From IMG/VR virus record IMGVR_UViG_3300028591_000071: 64,000 nucleotides of DNA; one strand, 5' to 3'. The DNA comes from a virus (Duplodnaviria > Caudoviricetes). Positions 1-9,477 of this stretch are shown one piece after another. The stretch's first letter is position 1, and each line of letters starts with the position of its first letter. The translations under genes and the position numbers were made by a program. The notes under the pieces are model-generated. The model was given only the letters and a program-made list of their open reading frames with translations. It made no database searches and was not told where the DNA came from.

Positions 1-610
1 TTATCGTATAGTTCGTAACAGGAATGCCATTCGCATTGACCGTATTCTTTACCCCATTTGCCAACACAAGATGCGGTATTCCGTCATTGGAATGATGAAC
101 TGCGAAATCACTTATTCCTCCGCGAACAATCGCCTTCGTCCATCTTCTTTGACGCGGGAATGGCGTTGTAAACCTCTTCATCAACGAATAATCTCCATCC
201 TTAACCCTAACAAACCCGTTGTCTCCATATTCCCTCCACGGAACCCTTATAAGGTCAGCTTCGCTGAAACATCCCATTGAAAGGAAATTCTCAATGTTAT
301 TTTCGAACCGCTCGTTAAGTACAAGGAACTCATCGATGTCAAAGAACGCAATCCAATCATATTCACCACCAAAACAATTATATCCGTGCTGATAAGCCGT
401 ATATTGAGCATCCGCGAAATTATGGAGAGGAAATATTCTTGCAAACCCTTCATCAGCATAATCCCTGATAACATCTATGATTCTTTCACCGCCATAATCA
501 TTATTGTCAAAAATTATGACATTAGTGAATCCGATTGACTTGTACCACTCGGTCCACTCTCTGACATAATTGTTTTCCATCTTCGCAACGGCCAATACTG
601 CGGTTTTCAT
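1..610 (-). CDS. Glycosyltransferase family 92/2-like protein, truncated by the left window edge (absent from the ORF track)
   Basis: Manual translation from the ATG at 610 gives MKTAVLAVAKMENNYVREWTEWYKSIGFTNVIIFDNND...YDWIAFFDIDEFL. This has the GT-A N-terminal strand and a DxD motif. ATGA overlap with the upstream gene's stop. Confidence 0.8.
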   Translation of the reverse strand, partial: MKTAVLAVAKMENNYVREWTEWYKSIGFTNVIIFDNNDYGGERIIDVIRDYADEGFARIFPLHNFADAQYTAYQHGYNCFGGEYDWIAFFDIDEFLVLNERFENNIENFLSMGCFSEADLIRVPWREYGDNGFVRVKDGDYSLMKRFTTPFPRQRRWTKAIVRGGISDFAVHHSNDGIPHLVLANGVKNTVNANGIPVTNYTI

Positions 611-1518
611 AAAACTCCATATTCTTCAAGGACATAGTTAAACACCTGTCTTATTTTTCTGAACGCAAATTCTATTTTCTTCTCAAAATAATGTAGATAT
701 TTTGGAAAATTTGCCTTGATGTCGTCACCTATGTCAGTGTTATACTTCCCATATTCATTTGCAACCGCTTCTATCATCTCCGCATCAAACGACTTTATGT
801 TTTGCAACAACACCGCCTTAGCCCACAAATAGGTCTTATAGACACTCGTTTTTTTCAACGCCGCCAATAAATCTTCTGCAGAAACACGCTCTTTACCACC
901 TATAATCGCATTTATCTCCGGCGGAATTTGTGAAACATACGACTGTATTTCGTGGTAATAGCAAAAATATGACATCAATATAAACTTATATCGGTAATCG
1001 TTGACGATGGATTGGCTGTAAATAATCTTCTCTGAAATTTCGCTGAACCCATCTTCGTCAGTAGGGCCCTGTTCACTTTCTATCTTTGCGTGTGAAAGTT
1101 CGTGCGTTATTGCTGCCTCCACCTGTTCCTTCCATCTGCTTATGTCAATGCTCGATATCTCATCGTACAAAGGGGCTGACACCTCCAACGCAAGAGTGCT
1201 TCCACTAATCTCGCTTGTTGCATTTGCTTTCTGATTCGGCATTGCGTTAACGGATATTGAGAGCCTGTCGAGGCCTTTCAGATTCTTAAACTCCCAATCC
1301 ATCACTTCGCTCTTCGAACCGTTTTTAATCATAGAAATTACTTTTTCTGATATTGCATGTGCGTCATCATATTGCCCGTCATAAACGCAATGTCGCTCGA
1401 AAATAGCATCTTTGTCCTGTATTGAAATATATTCCTCGTCAATATGTGCCATTTCGTTTATTATGGACCTTTGGATTTTCCTGATATCTATCTTGTTTTG
1501 CCTATGAATCATTTCCAA
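607..1518 (-). CDS. Putative zincin-like metalloprotease (HExxH), possible internal virion protein
   Basis: ITHELSHA followed by a distal E (YHEIQSY); N-terminal SIINE motif; paralogue of 31306..32157. Confidence 0.5.
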   Translation of the reverse strand: MEMIHRQNKIDIRKIQRSIINEMAHIDEEYISIQDKDAIFERHCVYDGQYDDAHAISEKVISMIKNGSKSEVMDWEFKNLKGLDRLSISVNAMPNQKANATSEISGSTLALEVSAPLYDEISSIDISRWKEQVEAAITHELSHAKIESEQGPTDEDGFSEISEKIIYSQSIVNDYRYKFILMSYFCYYHEIQSYVSQIPPEINAIIGGKERVSAEDLLAALKKTSVYKTYLWAKAVLLQNIKSFDAEMIEAVANEYGKYNTDIGDDIKANFPKYLHYFEKKIEFAFRKIRQVFNYVLEEYGVL

Positions 1519-2510
1519 TAGCTGTAGATTCCCTTTGTTATCTCATAGTTTTCCCACTTGTACTGAGGTCTCATCGGCTGTGTCTGAGCCCATTTCCACA
1601 TTTTCTTCAGCCCTTCTTCGAGAGAAGTTTTCTGCTCATATCCAAGGAGTTCTATTGACTTATCCGGCTTCGGAACTGCGTGTTTAACCTCATGCCGGGC
1701 TTCCCTATGTTCAACCTTGTCATATCCTGTTATCTTGCACAGTAATTCTGCGGCCTCATTGATTGAATAGCCTCTTACTCCGCCAACATTGATAATTTCC
1801 TTCGATGCCTCAGGGAACACTGCAGCATTCCAAAATGCAGAGAGACAATCTTCAATATAACTAAAAGCCCTTGTCTGCTCTCCATCTCCGTAGATGAGCA
1901 TCGGCTTGTTGTTGAGAATCTGATACATCCAAATGCCAAGCACATTACGGTACTTGTCCCATATATTTTGCTTTTCACCAAAAACATTGTGCGGACGGAT
2001 GATACACCAATCAAGGCCGTGCTGTTCTCCTGCAATCTTGATGTTCATTTCACAAGCATACTTTGAAACAGCATACGGGTCAATCGGCTCAGGCCTGTCA
2101 TTCTCGTCAAACTCCTCGCCACGGCGTTCGCCCCATCCATAAACGGACATTGACGATGTATAAATAAGCCGCTTCACATCGTGGCTGATGCACTCGTTTA
2201 TCACATTATCAGTCGAAAGCATGTTGTTCCTATCGTTGAACATCCTCATAAACGGGGAAAGGCCTTCCGCCGCATACGCAGCGAAGTGATATACATATTC
2301 AAACTCGTGCTTGTCAAATATATCCTTAATTGAATCCGTGCTCAGTTCCCTTCTGTAAAAAACAACGCGTGGGTCAATGTTTTCAACATATCCTCCAAAA
2401 AGGTTATCAATTCCGACAACCTCATACTCTGGATGATTCTCCAAAATCCAATCGGCCATCCTTGAACCGAGAAGGCCAGCATTTCCTGTTATTAAAATAC
2501 TTTTTCTCAT
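1509..2510 (-). CDS. NAD-dependent nucleotide-sugar epimerase/dehydratase (extended SDR)
   Basis: ITGNAGLLG Rossmann motif, HFAA, TSSMSVYG, YAVSK (YxxxK), RPHNVFG, GDGEQTRAFSYI. Confidence 0.92.
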   Translation of the reverse strand: MRKSILITGNAGLLGSRMADWILENHPEYEVVGIDNLFGGYVENIDPRVVFYRRELSTDSIKDIFDKHEFEYVYHFAAYAAEGLSPFMRMFNDRNNMLSTDNVINECISHDVKRLIYTSSMSVYGWGERRGEEFDENDRPEPIDPYAVSKYACEMNIKIAGEQHGLDWCIIRPHNVFGEKQNIWDKYRNVLGIWMYQILNNKPMLIYGDGEQTRAFSYIEDCLSAFWNAAVFPEASKEIINVGGVRGYSINEAAELLCKITGYDKVEHREARHEVKHAVPKPDKSIELLGYEQKTSLEEGLKKMWKWAQTQPMRPQYKWENYEITKGIYSYWK

Positions 2511-3316
2511 TGTATTTGTCTGATTAATTCGTTATATCCTTCCATAAATTTATCATACTCCCCATAGTGCCTAACTACATCATCAAAGTTCCCATCACCA
2601 AAAAACTCAAACTCATCCCATTTTCCTTCAACACAATTATGCCCTCCTGTTTTACACATTACATATCCGCGATTGAATGTCCTCTTGTATATTGATGGTA
2701 GTTCTTCAGCAAATGCTCTATCGTTGAATCGTTTAAGTTCAACCTCGCCGTTTTTTATATCCTTACTTAAGGTCATCGGATTTGTCCAATAAAATGTCCC
2801 TGCAAGTATGCAATTTGTTTCGTCTGTATAAACAAGTGGCAACGAACCCCAAAACACATATGGTCTTCCATGAAATATTGTAAAAAGTTTTATTTCCGCT
2901 TCACGAACAAATTCTAAAGAATAGAAATACAACGCATAAATCCATTTTAAGAAAAATTCCCTGTTGTTTTGGAACATAACAACATCACGAACGCCCTTCG
3001 TGTGCCCAAAAAAGACCATTGTTTCCTCCATCTCGTCTATTTTGTCTATCACATTCTCTTTGAATGTTCTTGCCTCAAAAAACGGGTCGTTTTCAATCTC
3101 CTTAAAGCGTATGTCCTTACACTTAAAAACATTTATAATATTACATTTTACATCGTTAATATATTTTTTTGACATGTCAGTTGACGCTATGAAAAACTCT
3201 GCACTGTCAAACACATTGCAATATTTTGCAAGACACCCATAATGAACCTTAATGGCTATATTTGTCTCATAGTCATCAGGAATAAAAAAATGAAATACCA
3301 AATGTTTTTTTATCAT
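2507..3316 (-). CDS. Unnamed HxKG-family protein, putative glycosyltransferase-like (paralogue 1 of 4)
   Basis: FFGHTKG, WIYALYFY, GTFYWTN and RAFAEELP motifs shared with three other ORFs in the island. Confidence 0.55.
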   Translation of the reverse strand: MIKKHLVFHFFIPDDYETNIAIKVHYGCLAKYCNVFDSAEFFIASTDMSKKYINDVKCNIINVFKCKDIRFKEIENDPFFEARTFKENVIDKIDEMEETMVFFGHTKGVRDVVMFQNNREFFLKWIYALYFYSLEFVREAEIKLFTIFHGRPYVFWGSLPLVYTDETNCILAGTFYWTNPMTLSKDIKNGEVELKRFNDRAFAEELPSIYKRTFNRGYVMCKTGGHNCVEGKWDEFEFFGDGNFDDVVRHYGEYDKFMEGYNELIRQIQ

Positions 3317-3323
3317 AATATAT

Positions 3324-4100
3324 TTACACTCTACCCATTAACTCATTATATCTCTTTGTAAAAAGTTCAAAGTCGCCGAAAAATTTGACGACAATATCGA
3401 AATCAACATTGTAATATCCGCATGGATGTGTCCAAGCGTTATTGTGGCATGCAACCCTGTGAAGTGTTTCTGACTCGGTATAGATAAACGGAAGGTCTTC
3501 AACAAACGACCTGTTCGCCACCTTCGGTATCTTTACAAGGCCCGACTCAATATCATTATATAAAAGAGACGGGTTCAGCCAAAAGAATGTCCCTGGATAA
3601 TTGAATGTAGCCCTTTTGTCATAAGTCGTCCTGAGCGCCCCGTAAAATGTGGCTTGCCATGGGTGTGAATAGAAAAGCATCCTTTCTGCCTCACCAACAA
3701 ACTCAAGGTTGTAAAAATAAAGGGCGTATATCCATTTCTTTATATCCTCATACCTTTCGGGGTGGTCTTTTTTATTCGTAACACCTTTCGTGTGTCCGAA
3801 GAACACCATTCCTTCAAGTTCTCCAAGCCGGTCTATTATATGCTTCTTGAAAGTAACTGATTCGGTTAATATAGTGTTTTCCTCAATTACCATCCGTATA
3901 TCATTATTAAACCCGAGAGAAAGGATGTCGTGTTCCACTTCATTTACAAGCTCATCTGTCTTCTCCTCGAAGCATATCGAAAATATTGCAGAATCAAAGA
4001 TGTGTGCATATTCTTTCAGGAAAACGAGATGCATCCTTATCACCTCGTTCTCCTTGTACTCCTTCGGCACATAAAAATGGAACACCAATGTCTTCTTCAT
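3324..4100 (-). CDS. Unnamed HxKG-family protein (paralogue 2 of 4)
   Basis: FFGHTKG, WIYALYFYN, GTFFWLN, RSFVEDLP. Confidence 0.55.
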   Translation of the reverse strand: MKKTLVFHFYVPKEYKENEVIRMHLVFLKEYAHIFDSAIFSICFEEKTDELVNEVEHDILSLGFNNDIRMVIEENTILTESVTFKKHIIDRLGELEGMVFFGHTKGVTNKKDHPERYEDIKKWIYALYFYNLEFVGEAERMLFYSHPWQATFYGALRTTYDKRATFNYPGTFFWLNPSLLYNDIESGLVKIPKVANRSFVEDLPFIYTESETLHRVACHNNAWTHPCGYYNVDFDIVVKFFGDFELFTKRYNELMGRV

Positions 4101-5419
4101 CGTCCTATGCTATCATATTTGAAGCCGGCCCTTAACATAAGGTCCTTATAGAACGCATTCCTTCCGTCAATGAATACATCACCGCGCATTAACTCTTTAA
4201 CCTTATACATGTCAAGTTTGCATAGTTCATCCCACTCAGTAACAAGGAAAACAACATCCGCTCCTTCAACTGCTTTGTACGGGTCTGTGATATATATGAC
4301 TTCATCACCAAAAATCTTCTTTGCATTATCAATTGCAATCGGGTCATAAACGACAACCTCAACCCCCTCTTCAACGAGGTCCTTTACAAGGTTTATTGAA
4401 GGGGCTTCCCTCATGTCATCTGTTCCTGGCTTGAAAGCAAGACCAAGGACACACGCCCTCTTTGCTGATTCGTCCTTGAAAAACTCAATATATTTCTCAT
4501 AAAGTTTATCCTTCTGTATCTCGTTGACGGCATCAACGGCACCGAGGATAAGCATATTCTGACCGTTTTCCTCAGCCGTTTTCATCAATGCCTTCACATC
4601 CTTAGGGAAACAACTTCCACCATAACCGCATCCAGCCTTAAGGAATTTCGGACCAATCCTGCTGTCAAGGCCTACACATCTCATCACACTTTCTATGTTG
4701 GCCCCTACCGCTTCGCAGAGGTTTGCAATCTCATTGGTGAAACTGATTCTCGTTGCGAGCATCGCATTTGATGCATACTTCACCATTTCTGCCGAACATA
4801 TATCGGTCAGGATTATTTTATCTTCCTTCACGCCCATTACACTCTCATATAACCTACACAATTCTGTTCTCTCAAAAGAATCATTCTTTCCGCCGTCCCT
4901 CAGTCCGAGGACAACCCTATCAGGATGCAGGCAGTCATTAACAGCAACACCCTCCTTGAGAAATTCAGGATTGAAAGCAACACGAATGGCGTGATGCTCG
5001 CCGAGAACACTTTCTATGATACGCCTTACATTGTCGGTTGTACCTACGGGAACGGTTGATTTTACAACAACCACGCACTTGTGGTCATAATGGATATGCT
5101 CGACTATATTCCTCGCCGCACCGTAAACATATTCAAGGTTTGCACTTCCATCTTCCTTCTCAGGAGTTCCGACACATATGAAAATGATAGTGGATGAATC
5201 AACCGAAGAATAGTCGGTTGAGAAATGGAGCCTCTTGTTCTGTATCCCGTACTTTATCATCGGCTCAAGCAGTTCTTCATATATCGGCGATTCGCCCCTT
5301 TTTAGTTTATCAATCTTCTCCTCGTCAATGTCAATGCAGGTCACATCCGCACCTTGGTATGCCATGCATACGCCGTTTACAAGACCGACATAACCCGTTC
5401 CGATTATAGTTACATTCAT
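4097..5419 (-). CDS. ugd: UDP-glucose 6-dehydrogenase
   Basis: IGTGYVG, ICVGTP, KSTVPVGT, NPEFLKEG, GYGGSCFPKD, LAFKPGTDDMREAP, DGRN. Start moved to the ATG at 5419, downstream of the promoter. Confidence 0.95.
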   Translation of the reverse strand: MNVTIIGTGYVGLVNGVCMAYQGADVTCIDIDEEKIDKLKRGESPIYEELLEPMIKYGIQNKRLHFSTDYSSVDSSTIIFICVGTPEKEDGSANLEYVYGAARNIVEHIHYDHKCVVVVKSTVPVGTTDNVRRIIESVLGEHHAIRVAFNPEFLKEGVAVNDCLHPDRVVLGLRDGGKNDSFERTELCRLYESVMGVKEDKIILTDICSAEMVKYASNAMLATRISFTNEIANLCEAVGANIESVMRCVGLDSRIGPKFLKAGCGYGGSCFPKDVKALMKTAEENGQNMLILGAVDAVNEIQKDKLYEKYIEFFKDESAKRACVLGLAFKPGTDDMREAPSINLVKDLVEEGVEVVVYDPIAIDNAKKIFGDEVIYITDPYKAVEGADVVFLVTEWDELCKLDMYKVKELMRGDVFIDGRNAFYKDLMLRAGFKYDSIGR

Positions 5420-5437
5420 AGAAATCTGTTTTCTACA

Positions 5438-5466
5438 AATATAAGTATTTCGTGGACATTTGTCAA
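5438..5466 (-). promoter_or_regulatory. Early-type promoter TTGACA-N17-TATATT(TG)
   Basis: Exact 17-nt spacer; also fits the Bacteroidota TAnnTTTG -7 element. Confidence 0.7.
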
Positions 5467-5468
5467 AC

Positions 5469-5491
5469 AAAAATCCCCGCTATTGCGGGGA
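5469..5491 (-). terminator. Intrinsic terminator after the tail fibre gene
   Basis: TCCCCGC/GCGGGGA stem followed by a U-tract on the minus strand. Confidence 0.7.
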
Positions 5492-5501
5492 CTTAAGTTT
5501 A

Positions 5502-8500
5502 TTATATTCCAAGTTGTCCTTCAATCTTGTCGAGTCTCGATTTTAGTTTTTCAACTTCTTTCTTCAGTGCGGCGTTCTCTTCGTGCAGTTTATCCACCGC
5601 AGCGAGGGCAACGACCGAAAGTTTTTCGTAACAAACACCAAGGGTTCCATCGTCTTCGCCTGACACGAGTTCAGGATACAGTTCTCTAAGTTTCTGTGCA
5701 GATGTACCAATGTTCATCTTGCTTCCGTCAACTTCTTCATCCTTCCATTTGAAATACTTCTTAGGTAGAGTCTTAATCTTGTCAAGGTCAACTTCAACAT
5801 CGTCATAGAAGTCCTTAAGCCTTTCGTCTGATGATGCATATAGGTTCAATCCTGTCCAATAGATTCCTGAACCCGTTGCTGCACCTGCCCTGTGGGTATT
5901 TGAAGGTGACAATGTTGTAGCAGCCGTAGATGTAGCATTACAGCCAATAAGGTAATGGTTTCCTGAATTACTCGTAGTCAATGACAATGATGAACCCTCG
6001 GCTGCAGGGCCTTGGTCTCCCTTCGGTCCTTGTGGTCCTTGAACACCCGTTGCATTGGTTCCGTCGCTTCCTTTCGGTCCTTGTGGCCCTTGCTTTCCGT
6101 TAGTTCCATTTGTTCCGTTAGTACCCTTCTGCCCCTTAGGACCTTGAGGCCCCTGACTACCCTTAGGGCCTTGACGACCTTGGGCACCATCTTTGCAATC
6201 CCCTCCGGCCATGAGCTTGGCAGTATAATTGGTTCCGCTTGTTCCTATTATCTCCAATGCACCAATCATCGTCCCGTATCCCGAATAATATTGTATACAT
6301 ATAACTTTGTCTCCAATTTCATAGGTCTCGCCATTTGGGTCTATACCGAGTTCTCCCTGTGACACAAACGTTATGCTAGACACTACTCCAACCTTTGTTC
6401 CCCTTATCCCCTGTGGACCCTGAGGTCCTTGATTACCGTTTGCTCCATTTGTTCCGTTTGCGCCCGCAGGGCCCTGAGGTCCCTGAACGCCCGTGGCGTC
6501 ATTACCATTCTGCCCCTTCGGACCTTGCGGACCCTGAACACCCGTAGCATCAATTCCTTTTGGACCCTGTGGGCCTTGGTCACCTTTATTTCCTTGAGCA
6601 CCTGTCGGACCCTGTGGACCCTGAGCCCCATCGGTTCCATTAGTACCATTGGTTCCGTTTGCGCCCGCAGGACCCTGAGGCCCCTGACTACCCTTAGGAC
6701 CTTGTGGGCCTTGATAGCCACCTTCAGGAAGTGATGCCGTTACATTTACGCCACCGATAGTTGCTATGGTCTTTGGCTCCCCGAATGCAAGAGCCGCATT
6801 GCTATTCACGACAGGAATAGTTAGTTTGTTGGATGCAATGGTTGCAGCCGTTCCCGTAGTCGAAATGGTTACCGCACTTACATAACTTGAATTGACCTTC
6901 GTCAATGTGGTATTCATCGTTGCGGTATTCGATTTCAGCGTCGTTATGTCGCCCGTTGCACCCGTGAGGGTGGTGTACATCGAGGCACTGTTCTCGGCCA
7001 GCTTAGTAATCTGATTCTGCAATGAACCGCTATTTGCTTCCAACTTGGCGATTTGATTATGCATTACACCACTGTTTGCTTCGAGTTTAGTGATTTGATT
7101 CTGCAGTGAACCGCTGTTGGTTATTAATTGAGTGACCTTATTTGTTAAATCTCCTGTTGCTGACTGCAATGTCGTTATGTTGCCCGTAACCCCCGTAAGC
7201 GTCGTGTACATCGAACCGCTGTTCTCGGCCAACTTGTTGATTTGATTCTGCATTACACCGCTATTTGACGAGAGTTTCGTAACCTGATTCTGCAATGAAC
7301 CGCTATTTGTCGTCAATTGTGTAATCTGATTCTGCATCAAACCGCTGTTCGTTGTCAATTTTTCAATCTTGTTTCCGTGGTCTGAAAGGGTTGAATTGGT
7401 TGCTCCCGTATACCCGTTATAGGTCTCGGCTGTTACATATCCTGAAAGGTCAACAGTTCCGGCAAGAGGGTCCCACCTCTCTCCACTCCACGTCCAGTTC
7501 GTTCCCGCAGGTGTATTTCCACTTGCAGCTACTACATTGTAGGTATCTCCCGTTTCCGCATTGTTAGGAAGATTCGAACAAGACGCTACCGTTCCCTTAT
7601 ATTTAAATACGCTCGATAGTTTGGTATTCACTGCGCCACTCAATGACACAACGCTTGCGGAAAGCGTAAAAGCGGATGTCTTGACTGCCGAAATATCACT
7701 GTTAATCGTCGCCACCTTTCCATCAACGTAGGTCACAACATTCCCGCTGAGTGTCTTCGTGAGACTTGACGCGTATGCCTTCGCCCCATAAATGGTATTC
7801 GCATCCTTATTGTCGGTGGACTGTCCTATGACATCACTCTTGGCCTGTGTATAAGCATATCCCGAGGCGGAGCCCACAAACGACTTCGTTGCATAATTAC
7901 CCTTTATTGTAACAACCTCACCTGAAAGGGTGCTCAGATTCGAATTCGTCGTATCCAATTGAGCGTTTGTTGCATATTGTCCAAGGTTAAGGGCTTCTAT
8001 CTGCCCATAAGTGTATGCCGTGGATGCATTATATGCGCTCGTTACTGCTGCATCAATCTTTGTCTTCGTTTCCGCCGACGTCCAATATCCGCTTCTGACC
8101 GTTGCACTTATTGCGTCAGCCGTTCCCTGTGCGGTCGCTATTGATGAATTGGTTGCAGCCGTATATCCCGTATAGGTAGTCTTATCAACGAAATTCGTGT
8201 CAACATAACTCTTCGCACTCGTAATTGCCTTTGACACTGCACTTGTTATCGCATTCCCTGAAGCATTCTTCACCTCATCGTGAGTAGCATAATTTCCAAC
8301 CTTTGAATATAAGTCTGTAACCCATCCTGAAAGGGTTGTTGCAGATGACTTGAGTGTTGCCAATGTCGAATCGGTTGTTGACGAGTATGTCTTGACAAAA
8401 TCAGCAAGTCCGTCGGTATATGCCTTTGCCGATGCTACTGAAGCGTTATACGCACTTGTTACCGCAGCGTTCTTTGCTTCATCAATCTTACTCTTCGTTG

Positions 8501-8825
8501 TAGCAGAAGTCCAATAGGTTGACTTCACTGTTGCACTTATTGCAGATGCGTAGGTGAATGCACTTACTGCAGTGTCCTTAGCCGTTGCAATGGCAGAATC
8601 AGTTGTCGCAGTATATGATTCATAACCCGTCTTTGATGCGTATTTCGCCTCGTTATATGTGTCTTCGTGGAATTTTGCTATCGACCCGTCATATTTTTCT
8701 GTCGCGAGGAATGATTTTCCTGAGCCGCTAGCATAGTTTATTGCAAGTTCACCGAATTCGAGATTCGATGCCGAAGGTGTCTTATCGACTACCGCACTTT
8801 TCTTGAGATATACTTTTTGTGCCAT
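5502..8825 (-). CDS. Tail fibre protein with coiled-coil repeats, two collagen (G-X-Y) segments and a C-terminal intramolecular chaperone (peptidase S74)
   Basis: N-terminal PSASNLEFGELAIN; 14-aa NSGxxQNQITKL repeats; GPQGP repeats; C-terminal SSDERLK...GTSAQKLRELYPELV...YEKL followed by a coiled coil. Confidence 0.88.
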   Translation of the reverse strand: MAQKVYLKKSAVVDKTPSASNLEFGELAINYASGSGKSFLATEKYDGSIAKFHEDTYNEAKYASKTGYESYTATTDSAIATAKDTAVSAFTYASAISATVKSTYWTSATTKSKIDEAKNAAVTSAYNASVASAKAYTDGLADFVKTYSSTTDSTLATLKSSATTLSGWVTDLYSKVGNYATHDEVKNASGNAITSAVSKAITSAKSYVDTNFVDKTTYTGYTAATNSSIATAQGTADAISATVRSGYWTSAETKTKIDAAVTSAYNASTAYTYGQIEALNLGQYATNAQLDTTNSNLSTLSGEVVTIKGNYATKSFVGSASGYAYTQAKSDVIGQSTDNKDANTIYGAKAYASSLTKTLSGNVVTYVDGKVATINSDISAVKTSAFTLSASVVSLSGAVNTKLSSVFKYKGTVASCSNLPNNAETGDTYNVVAASGNTPAGTNWTWSGERWDPLAGTVDLSGYVTAETYNGYTGATNSTLSDHGNKIEKLTTNSGLMQNQITQLTTNSGSLQNQVTKLSSNSGVMQNQINKLAENSGSMYTTLTGVTGNITTLQSATGDLTNKVTQLITNSGSLQNQITKLEANSGVMHNQIAKLEANSGSLQNQITKLAENSASMYTTLTGATGDITTLKSNTATMNTTLTKVNSSYVSAVTISTTGTAATIASNKLTIPVVNSNAALAFGEPKTIATIGGVNVTASLPEGGYQGPQGPKGSQGPQGPAGANGTNGTNGTDGAQGPQGPTGAQGNKGDQGPQGPKGIDATGVQGPQGPKGQNGNDATGVQGPQGPAGANGTNGANGNQGPQGPQGIRGTKVGVVSSITFVSQGELGIDPNGETYEIGDKVICIQYYSGYGTMIGALEIIGTSGTNYTAKLMAGGDCKDGAQGRQGPKGSQGPQGPKGQKGTNGTNGTNGKQGPQGPKGSDGTNATGVQGPQGPKGDQGPAAEGSSLSLTTSNSGNHYLIGCNATSTAATTLSPSNTHRAGAATGSGIYWTGLNLYASSDERLKDFYDDVEVDLDKIKTLPKKYFKWKDEEVDGSKMNIGTSAQKLRELYPELVSGEDDGTLGVCYEKLSVVALAAVDKLHEENAALKKEVEKLKSRLDKIEGQLGI
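6005..6715 (-). repeat. Collagen-like G-X-Y coding repeats in two blocks separated by a ~65-aa non-collagen insert
   Basis: GPQGPKG and GTNGTNG repeats in the translation; repeated ggtcct/ggaccc in the DNA. Confidence 0.9.
6960..7370 (-). repeat. 42-bp (14-aa) imperfect tandem coding repeats
   Basis: TNSGLMQNQITQLT, NSGSLQNQVTKLSS, NSGVMQNQINKLAE and similar; a larger duplicated block ending SMYTTLTG occurs twice. Confidence 0.85.
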
Positions 8826-8875
8826 ATTATAGAATATATTCTGTTATCCTTATTGAAGGTGAATTATTATCTACA

Positions 8876-8883
8876 ATAAATAG
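8876..8883 (-). promoter_or_regulatory. Putative late promoter CTATTTAT upstream of the tail fibre gene
   Basis: Same octamer found upstream of 10 genes in the window, mostly structural. Confidence 0.65.
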
Positions 8884-8965
8884 ATATGGGCAACAAAAAA
8901 CGCGGACCGAAATCCACGTATTTTGAAAAATTATCATCTCTACAAAAAAAAACGGAAGTAACCCC

Positions 8966-9445
8966 TTACCCCCGCTTCCAAAACTTGTATGTTATGTCTT
9001 CGAACTCCAATTCCAAATCATCCCCATTAACCTTGTGGTGGACCTTGTACATCCTCTGATTCGTTGTTTCCTTGTTGAGAGGACCGAATTCTTCAATATA
9101 TGGGCCCTCCTTAAGATAGGTGAATACCGCCCCGAGTTCCGCTTCAACATCGGGCCTTCCCGAATAAAGTGCTGCCGCCAAACCCCTCTGTGCGACTATC
9201 AGGGCGAGGTCCAAAAGCCCTTCAATATCATTACCCTCACCCATAAAGCAAACACAGGTGATACCTTCATTCTTATCAATAAGGTCATTGAGTACTTCGG
9301 GAGTGAGTTCTTCGCCGACATCTTCCCTAAGCCAAGGGCTGTGACACCCTTCACAATGATTCTGACAATTACTAATGTTGATTGCAAGTGTTATTTCGTC
9401 AGGGATTTCCTCAAATGTAACAGCTGTTTCTAAATATTTTACCAT
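8966..9445 (-). CDS. nrdG: Anaerobic ribonucleotide reductase activating protein (radical SAM)
   Basis: CQNHCEGCHS (CxxxCxxC), CVCFMGEG, GPYIEEFGPLN..TTNQRMY. Confidence 0.92.
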   Translation of the reverse strand: MVKYLETAVTFEEIPDEITLAINISNCQNHCEGCHSPWLREDVGEELTPEVLNDLIDKNEGITCVCFMGEGNDIEGLLDLALIVAQRGLAAALYSGRPDVEAELGAVFTYLKEGPYIEEFGPLNKETTNQRMYKVHHKVNGDDLELEFEDITYKFWKRG

Positions 9446-9477
9446 ACGCCCTTAATATACTAAAAATTTCCAAATAA

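Noticed and set aside
5502-8825. Diversity-generating retroelement or invertible cassette acting on the tail fibre
   Set aside because: No reverse transcriptase, template/variable repeat pair or invertase in the window; the repeats are in-frame structural repeats
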